The notes: generated from the sequence alone by a model not told the origin. Shown: positions 9,366 to 22,449, counted from the stretch's first letter. The stretch is 64,000 nucleotides of DNA from Azolla caroliniana (GCA_043228905.1 JBHGNT010000011.1:10478001-10542000), one strand, 5' to 3'. Numbers and translations are program-made.

Positions 9366-11482
9366 TCTCGGTTTTCGGAACCGAGGGAGTCGCGGTTACG
9401 TTCGTGGTTCGGCCGTACCGTCAGAAACTGGACCGAATGGCGCCCGTCCTGGCTTTTGACCCTTGCATAGGCCGAACCGTTATTCATCACCTTGGTCTCC
9501 ATTCGCGCCGCCGTGATGTACGGCTCTCCCAATATTACCGGATGCGAGGACGTCTCCTGTACGAAGAAGTGCTGGTCAATCTCGATGTCGCCGATCTTGA
9601 CCCGTACGTTCAGGCAGGCCCCGTGCAGTTCCTCGGTGGCGCGCGTCGCCGCCCGTATCTTCCACCCGTGCTTGGTGTTGATCGGCCACTTCCCCTTCTT
9701 ATAGAAGTCTATGGACATTAGGTTTATTTCCGAACCGTGGTCCACCAACGCCACCACCGGTTCACGAACATCTCCGATCTTTACCGGGGTCTCCGTGGTC
9801 GCTCGGGCCCAGTGTGGCCTCGAATAGTGGCTCTCCGCCCACTCATCTTCTAGCGACGAGTCGTCGATGTGCGTCGTCCGCACCTCCACCGGTTTTTCCG
9901 GTTCCGTCTCCGTCGACAGTCTCTTCCGTTTCACCAAGTATACAATGGAGTCGTGGAACTCCTTCTTGGCGATCCCTAGCACCTCCCGTAATGACAGCTC
10001 CACCTTGCTGTCGAGGATCCGTTCCTCTAGGACCTTCCGTAGGTCCGTAGTCCTTTCAATTTCCGTCCCTAGTCGGTATCCGCCCATCCTCGGGTTATCT
10101 TGCGAGCCGGGCCCACCGGCGTCGTTCCGTTGTTGTCCGAATCGGGTCTCGTACCGTTGCGAGGGCCCGGTCGCTCCGGCTTTCCCCACTCGTTTCTCTT
10201 CTACCAGAGCCTCGTAGTTCCGGCAGGCGGCTTCCACGAAGCCCGTCTTTTCCTCGACCGGGTCGCTCCACCCGGTTATCTCCCGGACCCGTTTCTCCGC
10301 GTGGTCCGCTTCGTCCCCTTTCAGCCGCGTACCGGCGAGGTCTTCCAGCATCGCCGACCAGAATCCGGCTCTGCTTTCCTTTCGGGCCTCGCTGCCCCCG
10401 ACCCGAATGCCGGCCGACGCCGAGTAGTGGACGGTTTCCGCATGTCGGGCCGCCGCCTCTTCCATCAGTCTCTTCATTCCTCCTCGCCCGTCGTTTCGGT
10501 TTAGGGCCCTTCTGGTGTCGCTGGCGTGCACCCGGCCTTCCCACAGGTACACCACCCGGTTCTTCAGCGCCTCTGCGAAATCGCTGCAGTCCTTCCGAAT
10601 GTGGCCGGCCTCGTCGCACCACATGCATCTGTTTCCCGCTGCCGGCCGTCAGTCGCGAGCCGGTTCGCCGCCTTCCCTGCGGGCTTGTGCAATTTGGAGG
10701 TCCTTTATCGCCCTCGTCAATTCCTCCAGCGCAGCTCCTCCGGTCGAGCCTCTGATCACGCCGGTCGAAGCTGAACCGGTTTCCAGCCACTCCCGGGTCT
10801 CTCCCTTTCGCACCGGCTGCGCCGGTTCAAGCTTCCTTGCTGCGACCGAGCCCGACCCGGTCGCCCCGTTATCCGCCCATTCTCGCCGTTTGTCGAAACG
10901 GCCGCAGGCTCTCTTAACCGTTGCCCAGTCGGTCGTCAGCCCGTCTTCGGTTTCCAGCAGGGCGCCCACGTGATCCCGATCCCGCTCGTCCACCGACTTG
11001 ACGAACAGTAGGACCCGGCTTGTATCCAGGATCGTTCGGTCAAGCGTCGAAAGGCGCGCAAAGTTTTCCTCAAACTCCCGGAGGAGTGCCGACGCGTTTC
11101 TCCCCTTCCCGGGGGACTCCACCCATTCCATGAAGCTTCGTTTTGAAAGCCGGAGCGCGTCGTCCAACCCGTATTTCTCTAGGAGCCGACCTTCGAACTC
11201 CTCCCAGGTACGGCTCTCCGCCCGCACCTCGAGCACCTCCGCATGGATGCTCAGCATCGCCACTCGGGGAAATCCGGCAAGACGCCTTTCTTCCGGAATG
11301 TCCCGCATCAACATCTCTGCACCGTAGGACGCCAAGTACCTCGTGGCATCCTTTCCGCTGAATCGGCCGATTGTACCGACGACCGCCTCAATGGCTCTGT
11401 CGAGGGCGCCGGAGCCCTCGCGTGCGTTTACTAACCGGTCAACGGCCGAAGCCATGGCCTCTGCAAGATCCGATCCCCTCAT
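9356..11482 (-). pseudogene. gag: Gag-protease ORF of element A with one premature stop
   Basis: ORFs 10649-11701 and 9356-10624 are in one frame, split by CGA>TGA (D has CGA here). Zinc knuckle CMWCDEAGHIRKDC; protease ALVDHGSEIN and HPVILGEP. Confidence 0.9.
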
Positions 11483-11504
11483 TTCCTGCTCTTCTGCCGC
11501 CTCT

Positions 11505-11522
11505 TTCACGTCGGGTTCACCA
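11505..11522 (-). promoter_or_regulatory. Primer-binding site for tRNA-Trp (also 1060-1077, 48657-48674, 59329-59346)
   Basis: TGGTGAACCCGACGTGAA lies 3-4 nt inside the 5' LTR and is complementary to the 3' end of plant tRNA-Trp(CCA), recalled as ...TTCACGTCGGGTTCACCA. Confidence 0.85.
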
Positions 11523-12159
11523 AGATGTCGAGATATTACACAAGTGCGTTTAGAAACGAGGCGGGACCGCGGGGGTCTTGAACCGAAGGGCAAGCGAGGG
11601 TGGAGAAAGAGAGAGGACCGGTTACGCAGGACCGGGGATACACAGGGACACGGCCCTTCAACACAGAGAACGCGAATAGACGCCGACACAGGTAGACGCA
11701 AACAAATGAATATATATATATATATATGAGCAAATCTCTGATCAAGAAGCTACAACCCGCGATGGGGCACAGGATGGCTACAACCGAACAGGCCAGCGAA
11801 CAGATGTCGATGCCTGTTCGCTGCGTCGCACAAAAGGGAGCAGGTCGGAGGTGCTGCCGGAAGCACTCGGGCGTTCCTCCCAACAGCGCGAGCCTCCTCG
11901 AAACCCTGCCCAGGAAAAGCTATCGAGCCCCCCCCCCCCCCGAAAAAAAAAGAAGAAAAAAAAACCCCCCCCCTTTTTTTTGTCCGTCAAGAAGGAGTCG
12001 TTCGGCATTAAATTCCTACCTACCGTATCTAACCACTTCGATCCTCCTAGGTACCTAATTCGCCTCTATGTACAACTTGGCGCGCACGTGCGTGAAGAGC
12101 CGGTTCCCACGCCTTGGTGCCCCAATTCCACCCTTGGACGGTTTTCTTCGCGACAGCGT

Positions 12160-15100
12160 GTTGCGTTCCTGGTCGGTGCTGAATTACGAAATCGAATTCC
12201 TAGAGCAATAGCATCCACCGCACCAATTTCCCTGTCAGGGCTTGTTTCTCCACCAAATACAATAATGCCGAATGATCCACGTGGAACGTGAATTTCCTTC
12301 CTAATAAATAGTGTCGGAATTTATTGATGCTATATATCATCCCTAGCGCCTCCCGCTCAGTTGTGGAATAGTTACGCTCTACTGCTGACAATTTACGACT
12401 CGCGTAGTATACTGGCTTGTACCAGTTTGGTTCAGTGAGCTGCATTAGTGCGCTTCCTATTGTTATGTCCGAGGCGTCGACGATTACGTGGAATGGCTTT
12501 GCCCAAATTGGTGGTTGTACAACGGGAGCCTGTGTGAGCATTATCTTAAGTGCCTCATAGGCCTTATCCTCCGTTGGAGTACACCGTATTTGTCCTAAAA
12601 ACCGGCTAAGCGATTTGGCGTTTGTCGGAGTTTTGGCTTGCGTAATCGCGGAGATCTTGTTTGGGTCGACTGTTATTCCCTCTTTGCTTACTATGTGGCC
12701 TAGGAGAGTCTCGTTGGTCACGCCGAAGGCACATTTCGCGGGATTCAAGCTTAAGCGTGCGGTGCGGCAACGTTCCAGGCACAGTCATAAGTGCGTTAAA
12801 TGGTCTATTGTTTCCCCATATACCGCAAAGTCGTCTAGAAAAACTTGCATGAACGTTGGGATGTATTCCCCAAAGATATCCGTAATTGTTCGTTGAAATG
12901 TTGTCGACGCTGTCTTTAGCCCGAACATCATGACGACTGCAACATAGACTCCCCAGCCCGTGACAAACGTCGTCTTCTCCTGGTCCTCGAGGTGCATGCG
13001 TACCTGGTTATAGCCACTGAAGCCATCTAAGAAACGGTACATCTCATGGCCTGCGAGGGCGTCCAGCATGCTATCGGTGAAGGGTAAGGGAAATGCGTCT
13101 GTAATGGTTACGGCGTTTAATTTCCGGTAATCTACGCATACCCGTATTTTGCCGCTTTTCTTTGGGACGACCACTATCGGGCTTAGCCATGTCGCTTGTT
13201 TAACTGGTCGTATGAACCCCGCCTTCAAGAGCTTTTCAATTTCTTCTTTCACGCGGGTCGCATAATTGGGGTTCATGCGGTAGCGGCGCTGCTGGACGGG
13301 TTTCGCATCACTTGCTAAATTGATCTTATGCTGATAGAACTTGGGATCTAACCCCTTCATGTCCTCGTGAGCCCAAGCGAACACATCTTTATATTCCGTG
13401 AGTAGTGCGATCATCGTGATTCTCTGGTCCGACCTTAATTCCTTTGCGATGGAGAGGAACCGGGGCTTCGATTCCGTACCCACATTTACTTCTTCGAGAG
13501 CGAAAGCGGTGACTCGTCGTGAAATCTCCATTTCCCTTTCGAATGCCGCCCGTGCTCTGCTGAGTTCCAATATGGACTCTAGGTTTGGTTCGTAAGGCTC
13601 GTCGTGGGGAACAGTGGTCATGGCATATTCTGTCGCGATTGCTATGACATCTATTTCAAACAGCGGAATAATCCGAGGGTGTTCATCAAGGTACGCCTCC
13701 ATTTCTGTATCCTCCACCCTAGCCAGCATATTTATGCCCTCCGCGTATAACGGTGTTATACCCTTAGGTTGCAGCGTGCTGCCTTCTGTGGGTACGCGAA
13801 CCTTGGTGTGTCCATGCCAGAAACTAATACACTCGTGTTGCCAGCTCTACTTGATATTTGTTGTCCGAAGCCATGGTCTGCCCAGAAGCATTGGGTATGC
13901 TCCTGGGGCCTCCAAAGCGAGGACGACCACCAAGATGTTGAAGCGGTGTCCGCCCACGATGATGCTTATTTTGCGAATTAACCCCAACGGTTGCACTGAG
14001 CAGGTATCTGCCATGCGGAGCCAGAATGGACACGCCTCCCATTCGGAAATGCCTAACTGCTCGCAAGTTTTCACGCTAATTACATTGACGCCTGAGCCGT
14101 CGTCGATTACACATCCAGGAACTTCCTGTCCGTGCAATATTACTGTAATAGCCGGGTTGTGCTGATCCACCACCGGTGGTCCATCGCTGACGTCTGTTAG
14201 GTTTGTGGCGATGCTTGCCCCAAGTATGCCCGCCGCCTATGCTTCCATGGTCTGGCGGAAACGTGGAACTAGCTGTAGCAGTTTTTCCATGGTTAACGTT
14301 ATTTCACAACTTGCTAACACCTGCCAAATGGGGTCCGGACCCCGTCTTTCATTCTCTGTTCGCTCCATTGTGTTCACAGACTCCTGTCGCATACGTTCTG
14401 TATTGGTCGCGTTTGCTTTTTCCACCCACGCTTGGGCTTGTCGGCGTACCTCCGCCGTTTTTGTTTGCTGGCGTGTCATGACTTGTTTCACCTCCGCCGT
14501 AATCGTATTGACAACGGGCCCCTTTCCCTTGCATGTTGGGCATTGTGTGGCATAATGTCCGGGTTGCTAACAAATAAAATAATGGATGCTTGATTCTCTT
14601 CTCAGCTCTAGGTGGTGTGTGATGCTCTCCGGGTGCTACTTGCTCTTCGCGGTCCAGCCTCATTTGTCGAAACGTACGCGGTAGCTGCTGTTGGTCCCGT
14701 CGTTGTTCCTGGTGCCGCTCATCCCCCAAGCTTTCGTCGTAACGCCGGTGATCCCTGTATTGTCGTGGCTTACCCCGATAGCCATTCAAGCCGCCCCGTT
14801 TGTTTGTCGGCCGTTGATTCTCGTAGCGCCGACCCCCTTTGGTGTAACTCGGATGTCCACGATAATCCTCGTCCTCTGGGTCTTCCTCCTCGAAATCGTT
14901 GTGATTCTGGCGATTCCGATTGTACCGGTCCTCCCACGGGTTGTGATCCTTATACCGGGGTCGGTCTTCTTGCCTCCTTTGTTCAGCCTAGTGCGGTTGA
15001 CGCTGTGTGTCCATGCTGCGGACTGCAGGAGTGGCTCTATTTAACATATTGTACTCGCACTGGTCGACTGTGTGAGCCTTCGAGTGGCAGATTGGGCAGT

Positions 15101-15740
15101 GGATTCGCATATTGCAGTCCACTGCAGAATACCCCGAGTTCAAGCAAATCGTGCACTGGATTGCTTGACGAAATTGGCGTTCCTCATCCTGAGGTAACGC
15201 TTGTCGTAAGGAGGACATAGAAAACCGTTCCTCCTCGTCATCCAACTCGAGCTGTAACGCTCGTTCAATTACCATATCCGTCGTTTCCCCTTTCACGCTA
15301 TTGTTGTTGAGTGTTGCCCGGATGGGCCGGCGTAAGGCTGCCATAAATGTTTCCCGAGCCTCTTCCTCCGCGGGGCTTCGTTCCAGTTTCCGTCGTAAAT
15401 TTTGGAAACGTAAGCTAAAGTCTGCTATCGTCTCGGTCGGTAGTTGCTTAATTGTATAAAACTGCCTGAGAATCTCACGTTGTGGGACCCTCCGATGGAA
15501 GAATCGCAACAAAGCGGACTACAGCTGATCGAAGGTTGTTATGGCTGGTAAATCCATCTGTGAATGCCAAAACGCCGCACGCCCATCTAGTGTTAATCCG
15601 AACTCCATCATTTTCGATTGGTGTGCCACCGTCTCGTAGAGATTCTACACCATGTCGTTCGCATTCCAGACATTTAGGAACATGCGAATATGCGTTGCGG
15701 CGTCGGTTTCGTCGTTAAATCGGGGGTAGGCAAAGGCCAT
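12160..15740 (-). pseudogene. gag-pol: Element B gag-PR-RT-RNase H, degenerate
   Basis: CTICLNSGYSAVDC knuckle; VIDDGSGVN protease; WLSPIVVVPKK, LDGFSGYNQ, FLDDF (RT); VDASD, NYSTTERE (RH). PR and RT share a frame across a CAG>TAG stop. Confidence 0.9.
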
Positions 15741-16028
15741 AGTGGGAGCTACGGCGGATCGGGAAAGACCACCGAGTGGCTGTGGTGAGCGTGGTCCCCG
15801 CGTCTCGTCGAGGTATTTGGGGAGCGAAGAATCCCCTTTGCACTCACGGTAGGTAGTACTGAGGTCGCTGAGGCGCGGCCTTTGCCGTGCGCGTTCTTTT
15901 GCCTGGCGTGTGATGGACCTTGTTATTGACCGGTCTTGTCGTGTTGGTTCTCTGGGTCGTCTGCGACTAAATATCCATTCGTTGTTGCTCGTCTGTGAGG
16001 AAACACAAATCACCGGGCGTGCCAAAAG

Positions 16029-16467
16029 TGTTGCCGTTTAAGAACACGGTCCGCGGTCAATCCTTCGACCTAGACCTCAAGTGGGTGTGGAACAACGAAC
16101 AGGTGTATAAGCGTAATGCGTAAGGGTAGAACCCCTGTAACCTATCAGCGTATAAGGGAAGACGGCTACAACCGAATCCCTATTAAGGGTTACACTTACG
16201 TACTACAACGCTTAAGTATTCAAGACACCCACACTGAACTAGCCGTAGCTATACACAGAAAATCAGAGAAGATAGTATTCTATTATAAGCGTTTCTTTAC
16301 ATTCCCCAAAATTACACGCACCTCCATCAGAGGTTTTCTGCCCTTTATATATGCAGGGTCTAATTAGCCATTCACGCTTCCTGCGTGAACCGTTACATGC
16401 GTTATGCTCTTATATAATTTCTTACTCCTACGCTTTTGTCCATTGGTTACTATTCCAGCGGACAACA
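16029..16467 (-). repeat. 5' LTR of element B
   Basis: TGTTG...CAACA termini; adjacent PBS TGGCACGCCCGGTG is of the tRNA-Arg type seen in Tat/Ogre-like elements. Confidence 0.75.
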
Positions 16468-16699
16468 CCATGTGAAGAGAGTGAGCACGAGGTCATTGCC
16501 TCTGTGCCCCCTTGTTGTATTCTTTTTGATATAGTGATAGTTTGGAGTCTGTGGGCTCCCGTGGTTTTTCCCTTTCAGGGTTTTCCACATTAACATCTTG
16601 TGTACTCTCTTGTTACAATGTTTTGTGTATACGTGCATCTATCTCCACATTCCCATTTCTGTGTTTGTAATTCTCAATGAAGTGACTGAAGACTCGGTT

Positions 16700-17384
16700 G
16701 TGGCCGAGCATTATTCCGCATATTCTCGTCACGATTCGGTTATTACGAATCGACTGAGGGCCAAGCAGAAAAAAAGGGGGCAACAAAGGACACGCCAACA
16801 CCATGACAGCAAGGGAGCTGAGAATGGCCGAACAAGCAGACAACCAACCGGAAGGGTCGAAGCGCGCGAAATCAAACGGGTCGAGGAGCACGAGCAAGGC
16901 ATGAAGCCAGAAGGAACTGGAGCGTAGATCCAAAAGAGCAGACGGAACCTCAAGTTGAGCTTGAGGGGGAGTGTTGAGTGACAAGCTCAACATTGGGTGC
17001 GTAATACGGTGCGTAACCCAATGCGTAGACTAGGTGTGAAAAAGAGTACGCATAATGTGGCCGTATCGGTGCGTAAACCGAAAGGTCGTTAGTATGGTTA
17101 CATTCCTCGTAAGGAATAATTTTGGGAGTTAGTGTAGTAGGCTCATTTATGAGCAGTCAAGTATTGTCAGTACTTGTGTCAGCCCGATAGTCAGGGCTTG
17201 TATAAAAGGTGCTCATTGAGCACGAAGAATGTACAGAGCGTCATTATTTTGAAATAGAACTGAGTTGTCTGCTCTCTCTCTGTCTCTCCATCTCCATCTC
17301 TGTGTTTTTTGTGGTTACCGAACTGTGTACTCTGTGTTTACGCACACGCTTCCGCACACGTATTCTTTTACAGATATCTAAACA
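16700..17384 (+). mobile_element. Copia-type 3' end: PPT plus LTR (16972 to ~17384)
   Basis: CTTGAGGGGGAG directly followed by TGTTG at 16972; candidate end ...TAAACA at 17384. Confidence 0.55.
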
Positions 17385-18408
17385 CATGCTTGACTGTGTT
17401 CTAGTGCGATTGACCGAGATTGTGCATAAACCTGCTAATGACTCCAACGTCGTGAGCGATATCAGGTTGTGTCGTGACCATCGCGTACATTAGGGAGCCA
17501 ACTGCCGGTGCATATGATACCGACCTCATAATTTCCCGCTCCGGACCGGATGTCGGGCATTCTAATTGAGATAGCCGAGTATGAATAAGGAGCGGGGTAG
17601 AGGCAGATTTCATCAATTGTATACTGAAGCGTTCGAAGACACGTCCAATGTAGTCGAACAGGGACAGAAACAATTGTTGTTGATTACGATTCCGACTTAT
17701 CTTTATACCAAGAATGTGTCGTGCCAGACCAAGATCCTTCCTAGCAAACTTCAACTGCAGTTGTCATATGAGTTTGACTAGGTCGCCAGCACGGCGTCTA
17801 GAGATTAGCATGTCGTCTACGTAGATGATGAGGAAGATGGGTGATCCATCTCGAGTTGTTGTCACGAAGAGACAGTGGTCCTCTTCGCTCTTTGAGAAGC
17901 CGATCGATTGAATGAAGTCGTCAAACTTCTTGTACAATTGTCGTGGCGCCTATTTTAGGCCGTAAAGACTCTTCCTGAGTCGGCAGACTAAATGTTCTTG
18001 GCCGGATGCCACAAAGCCTTTTATTGCTCCATATAAATTTCCTCCTTAAGATCACCATGGAGGAAAGTCGTTTTGACATCTAGCTGAATCAGCCCCAAAT
18101 TTTCGGCTGCCACTACGCCGAGCATGAATCGAAGGGTTGTCATCTTCATCACTGGCGAAAAGATTTCGTCGAAATCGACACCGTGTTCCAGTCGAAAACC
18201 CTTTGCTACTAATCTTGCTTTAAATTTTGGGTTGGCCGAATCAGACGTCTCCTTAATTCGATAGACCCACTTGCACGGAAGAGCACATCGATTTTTCGGT
18301 AATTCGACCAAGTTCCAAGTCTTGTTAGCCGATGCTTCTTCATATGACGTCGGTTCTCCAACGTCCGTAAAGAAGATGCCAGGAGAGTATCGCTCCGGGG
18401 GTTTCAAC
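17385..18408 (-). pseudogene. pol: Ty1/Copia reverse transcriptase fragment
   Basis: CKWVYR, FKARLVAKGF, QLDVKTTFLHG, LKEEIYMEQ, YVDDM, VGSLMYAMV. Confidence 0.9.
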
Positions 18409-18416
18409 AGTCACTT

Positions 18417-19018
18417 AACTTTAATCTCTCGTGAGGACCGTAATAAAGTAATACACCAAGAAATATGGCAAATTTACACCCGGTATAAATGGATCACCCC
18501 ATGAGAGCCACTCCCATCTAAAACATTGTACTATAAGGAACACTTGATGCACTTCACTAAGTTAGGTTTTTGTTAAGAATTAGGTAATTAACTACGCATT
18601 AATTAGTACCTAATTATGTGATTAAGTTAAGTAGAAGATTAAGTGATATGTGTGTGTATGTGTGTGAGAGGAAGAGAGAGAGGAAGATACACTTATGAAC
18701 AACACAAGATGGGGGATGAGTAACTATATTAAATTATCATTATCATCATCCAATACAAAAATACGTCCAATGAGGTATATATAGATCTCATATGCAAGGG
18801 TGCACATGTGTGAGGATAATATAGGTACAAAACTGTAAGTCCTATATTAAATGTACTTAGGAGTGGAGTATCTAGAATATCCCACTTAAGTACAAGGTCC
18901 TATTTAAGGCGTTATAGTCAACACTTCTAACTAGATTCGGGCTAGATTCTATCTAGGTAACTATGAAGTTACATGGTTGACTAACTAACTAAACTAACTT
19001 GAGCTTGATCTCTCAACA
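18417..19018. repeat. Partial LTR, near-identical to 20588-21177
   Basis: Direct repeat of ~600 bp ending GATCTCTCAACA. Confidence 0.85.
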
Positions 19019-19019
19019 A

Positions 19020-19320
19020 TTTTATTACACGACCAAAATATCTAGATACACCCTTATCAAATGCACTAAGTGTGGCCATTGGACAACTTAGGATATCATC
19101 TCACCTACTTGAGATTGAGAATGGTCGTGCTAATAGAGTCCATAGAGAGGAAAGACTATGTAGGTTATGTCACATGCAAGAGTCCAACTTATGCCGAGAT
19201 AAGGGTGAAATACCAAGATATACTAGGACCCTCTCCCACCCTCTCCAAACTATTTGATACCCCGGATATAAACAGACAGGTAGGTATATCTTAGAGCTAA
19301 AACAACGTAGGGTTATCTCT
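19020..19320 (+). mobile_element. LINE ORF2 3' end fragment
   Basis: QLRISSHLLEIENGR...ERLCRLC matches the Cys-rich C-terminal motif of non-LTR retrotransposon ORF2. Confidence 0.6.
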
Positions 19321-20268
19321 ATGACGTCGGGTCGATCGGATGTGCACAAATCATTGAACCACTCTTCGTGGGATGTCATGTGATGTGAGGCGTCAGAATC
19401 GACGAACCACACGTCTTCCGAGTTGGAGGTTCTTGTGGAGTCGGAGGCCATCATAGAGTTCGCTCTATGTCTCATTACGAATAGACCACCGTAGTCGTCG
19501 TATTCAGAGTTGTTGGCGTAGTTTGTGAGTTGCCAGCTTGTCGAAGCCGACTCACTTCTCTTTTTCCGACACTCGTCTTTACGGTGGCCGATTTTGCCAC
19601 AATATTTGCAAGTGATGGGCCACATTTGCTGACCTTGTTCGGCATGGAAGCTCCCCCTTCTTCCGAAGGTTCCTCGATGGCTTTCGTCTTGTTGTCGAAG
19701 GTTTGAGTTCCCTTTATTCGATGGGTCGAATCGACCTCTTCTACCTCCTCGACCTCGTCCTCGGCCACCATCCGAATTCGAGAAGAACATTTGTCCTTCC
19801 GATGTCTTGGTTTTGGTTTGGATGTGGTTCTCTTCCATCATTAGTATTGATTGAAGGTTGAAGAATGAAGGAGGGTTTTCCCTCGCCAAGATTGTCGTCC
19901 TCAACGAGTCGAATCGTTGTGCGAGGACACCCAAGCATATACTTGAAGCATCTCGTCTTCGTCGACGTTTATTTTGATGGAGCCAATCGAGTCGCAAATG
20001 CTCTTGATCTTGGCGGTGTAGTCCGACACGGACATGTCTTTTTGTCGAATGTTGTTCAACTCTTATCGAAGTTGAAGCTTTCGGGCTGCTGTGTTGGTGG
20101 CGAATATTTTCTTTAAGTTCGCTCACGCTTCTTTAGGCGTCTTGGCGTCTCAAATGTGGCTAAGCATGTGGTCATGGACAAATGTTGCCAAGAAATACAT
20201 GACTCGACGCGCCGCTTGCTCCCATGTTGCGTAGTCGGTGTTCTTTGAGTCAGGTCGATTTTCCCCAA
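19320..20268 (-). pseudogene. gag: Copia gag-protease fragment (same family as 60360-64000)
   Basis: ILARENPPSF, CKYCGKIGHRKDEC, WFVDSDASHHMT. Confidence 0.85.
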
Positions 20269-22447
20269 TGTTAGTAGAAGCACTTTTCCAATTGGTAGTT
20301 TTTATTCATAGGATACATAGCCAACCATAAGATAGGATATCCCATCAAGGTTTTGAGGCATCCTGATCCCTATATGCGTTCGGAGTTCCAACTAGTAGTT
20401 TTTATTCATAGGATATGTAGCCAACCATAAGATAGGATATCCCGTCAAGCTTTTGAGGCATCCCAATCCCTATATGCATCCAAAGATACTAGCTCTTGGT
20501 ATAACACGATAGTGAGTTGGTTACTTGCAAATGGCATAGAAATTAATAACCTACCTCCCCTTAAGTACAACCATGGGATTGATCAAACTTTAATCTCTCA
20601 TGAGGACCGTAATAAAGTAATACGCCAAGAAATATGGCAAATTTACACCCGATATAAATGGATCACCCCATGAGAGCCACTCCCATCTAAAACGTTGTAC
20701 TATAAGGAACACTTCATGCACTTCACTAAGTTAGGTTTTTGTTAAGAATTAGGTAATTAACTACGTGTTAATTAGTACCTAATTATGTGATTAAGTTAAG
20801 TAGAAGATTAAGTGATATGTGTGTGTATGTGTGTGAGAGGAAGAGAGAGAGGAAAATATACTTATGAACAACACAAGATGGGGGATGAGTAACTATATTA
20901 AAAAAAGCATTATCATCATCCAATACAAAAATACCTCCAATGAGGTATGTATAGATCTCATGTGCAAGGGTGCACATGTGTGAGGATAATATAGGTACAA
21001 AACTGTAAGTCCTATATTACATGTACTTAGGAATATAGGATCTAGAATATCCCACTTAAGTACAAGGTCCTATTTAAGGCATTATAGTCAACATTTCTAA
21101 CTAGATTCTATCTAGGTAACTATGAAGTTACATGGTTGACTAACTAACTAAACTAAGTTGAGCTTGATCTCTCAACACGCCCCCTCAAGCTCAAGTGTGA
21201 GGCGTGTCACATCCACTTTGTTTTTCGTCATCTTCGTGTGCTTCTGTCCGGCCTTCAGCTTTCTTCGGCCTTTCCGAGGCAATCTCAGTTCCTCCCCCTC
21301 AAGCCTGTGACAAAGGCTTCTAGTGTGTGGGCGAAGGTCGACTACTTCCACCCATCGTGGGTTACGAGCCGCTTCAGTGTAGCTCTTGGGCTCTTGTTCG
21401 GCCGCTACCTTCACCACGAAGGCATAGTGATGGGCCATGTACTCATTGTAGCTGAGCCGAGTGACGGGGTTCTTAGCTCTAGATGAGCGTCGAAGTTTTT
21501 CGCTCGCTGATGTGAGCGCCTTCTTTACTCGGGGTGTCCACATGATGGTGAGCAAGCCAACACATCCGAATCACTATTGTCGGGGTGGTCGACTTCATAT
21601 TCAGGCATATTACTTTTGCCTTTGTCAAAGGTCGTACTTGGCCGCTACGTGCTTGGGTTGCATGGGGGCTCTTGTGGCCCACTAAGGCTTGTCGTAATCA
21701 GACTTTCTTCGAACTTGTGTGCGAAGCGATCTCCATCTTCTACCTCTTTTTTGGCGGATTCTGAGTCAAGCGGAGTCGGAGTCGAAGTTGTCTCTGGTGT
21801 GTACCAGGATGCGGACTCGTCGAAGACTACGTCTCGACTTACCCGAACCGCTCGAGTAGAAGGGTTGTAGCACTTGTATGCCTTCTTCTCGGACGAGTAT
21901 CCTATGAGGATACATTCCTCCGAATTCGCGTCGAGCTTCTGTCATTGTTCGTTCGGGATGGGTACATGCTTCCGCATACCTTGAGGTGTGACAGGATCGG
22001 CTTCCTTCCGACGAGGAGCTCGTATGGAGTTAGCTCATGCACTCCATTAGTGGTGTACCAGTTCATGAGATAGACGGCCGTGGATGCCGCTTCGGCCCAA
22101 TAGAAGTTCAACATGTGCTTCTCATGCATCATGGCACGTGCTACCTTGAGTATTTGCCGATTCTTCTTTTAGGCTACTCCATTTTGTTGGGGTGTGTGTC
22201 TGCACGACAATTCTCTCTGAATTCCTTCACTTTAGAGGTAGGAGGTGAATTCATCAGAGAAGTACTCCTTTCTTCCGTTTGATCGTAGGCATCGAATGTG
22301 CCGACCGGTTTCTTTTTTGACTTGCCCCTTGAGCTTTTGAAAGTGGGAGAGCACTTCGCTCTTCTTCTTCATCGGGAAGATCCACGCGTAGCACGAGTAG
22401 TCGTCAATGAAGGTGACGTAGAATCGACATCCGCCGATCGTCAGCAT
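20269..22447 (-). mobile_element. Internally deleted Copia: 3' LTR (20269-21177), PPT and integrase remnant, with no RT/RH
   Basis: LTR TGTTAG...CAACA with an internal ~99-bp tandem duplication. PPT GCTTGAGGGGGCG. TFIDDYS, GRKEY, WAEAASTAVY. Confidence 0.75.
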
Positions 22448-22449
22448 TT

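Larger units (their letters stand above)
5198..12155 (-). mobile_element. Gypsy element A, full length, young, inserted in the RNase H of B
   Basis: LTRs 5198-5828 and 11526-12155 (TGTCG...CGACA, about 7 substitutions). TSD GCGT at 5194-5197 and 12156-12159. PPT 5829-5840. Removing the element plus one TSD restores IQHRPGTQHAVADF in B. Confidence 0.97.
1550..16467 (-). mobile_element. Gypsy element B (non-chromovirus, Athila/Phygy/Selgy-like), degenerate, 3' LTR missing, interrupted by element A
   Basis: 5' LTR TGTTG...CAACA at 16029-16467. PBS TGGCACGCCCGGTG at 16011-16024. Gag, PR, RT, RH and IN remnants in Gypsy order. Confidence 0.85.

Noticed and set aside
10649-10651. TGA inside A gag as a programmed readthrough site
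   Set aside because: Sister element D has CGA at this position; a simple CpG transition explains it.
11483-11701. N-terminal extension of gag ORFs into the LTR (also 59307-59552 in D)
   Set aside because: The ORF caller used TTG starts in the LTR; likely true starts are the ATGs just after the PBS. Upstream initiation cannot be excluded.
5982-11729. Many 60-270 aa plus-strand ORFs over A (likewise over C and D)
   Set aside because: Antisense shadows of GC-rich gag/pol codons with no recognisable motifs.
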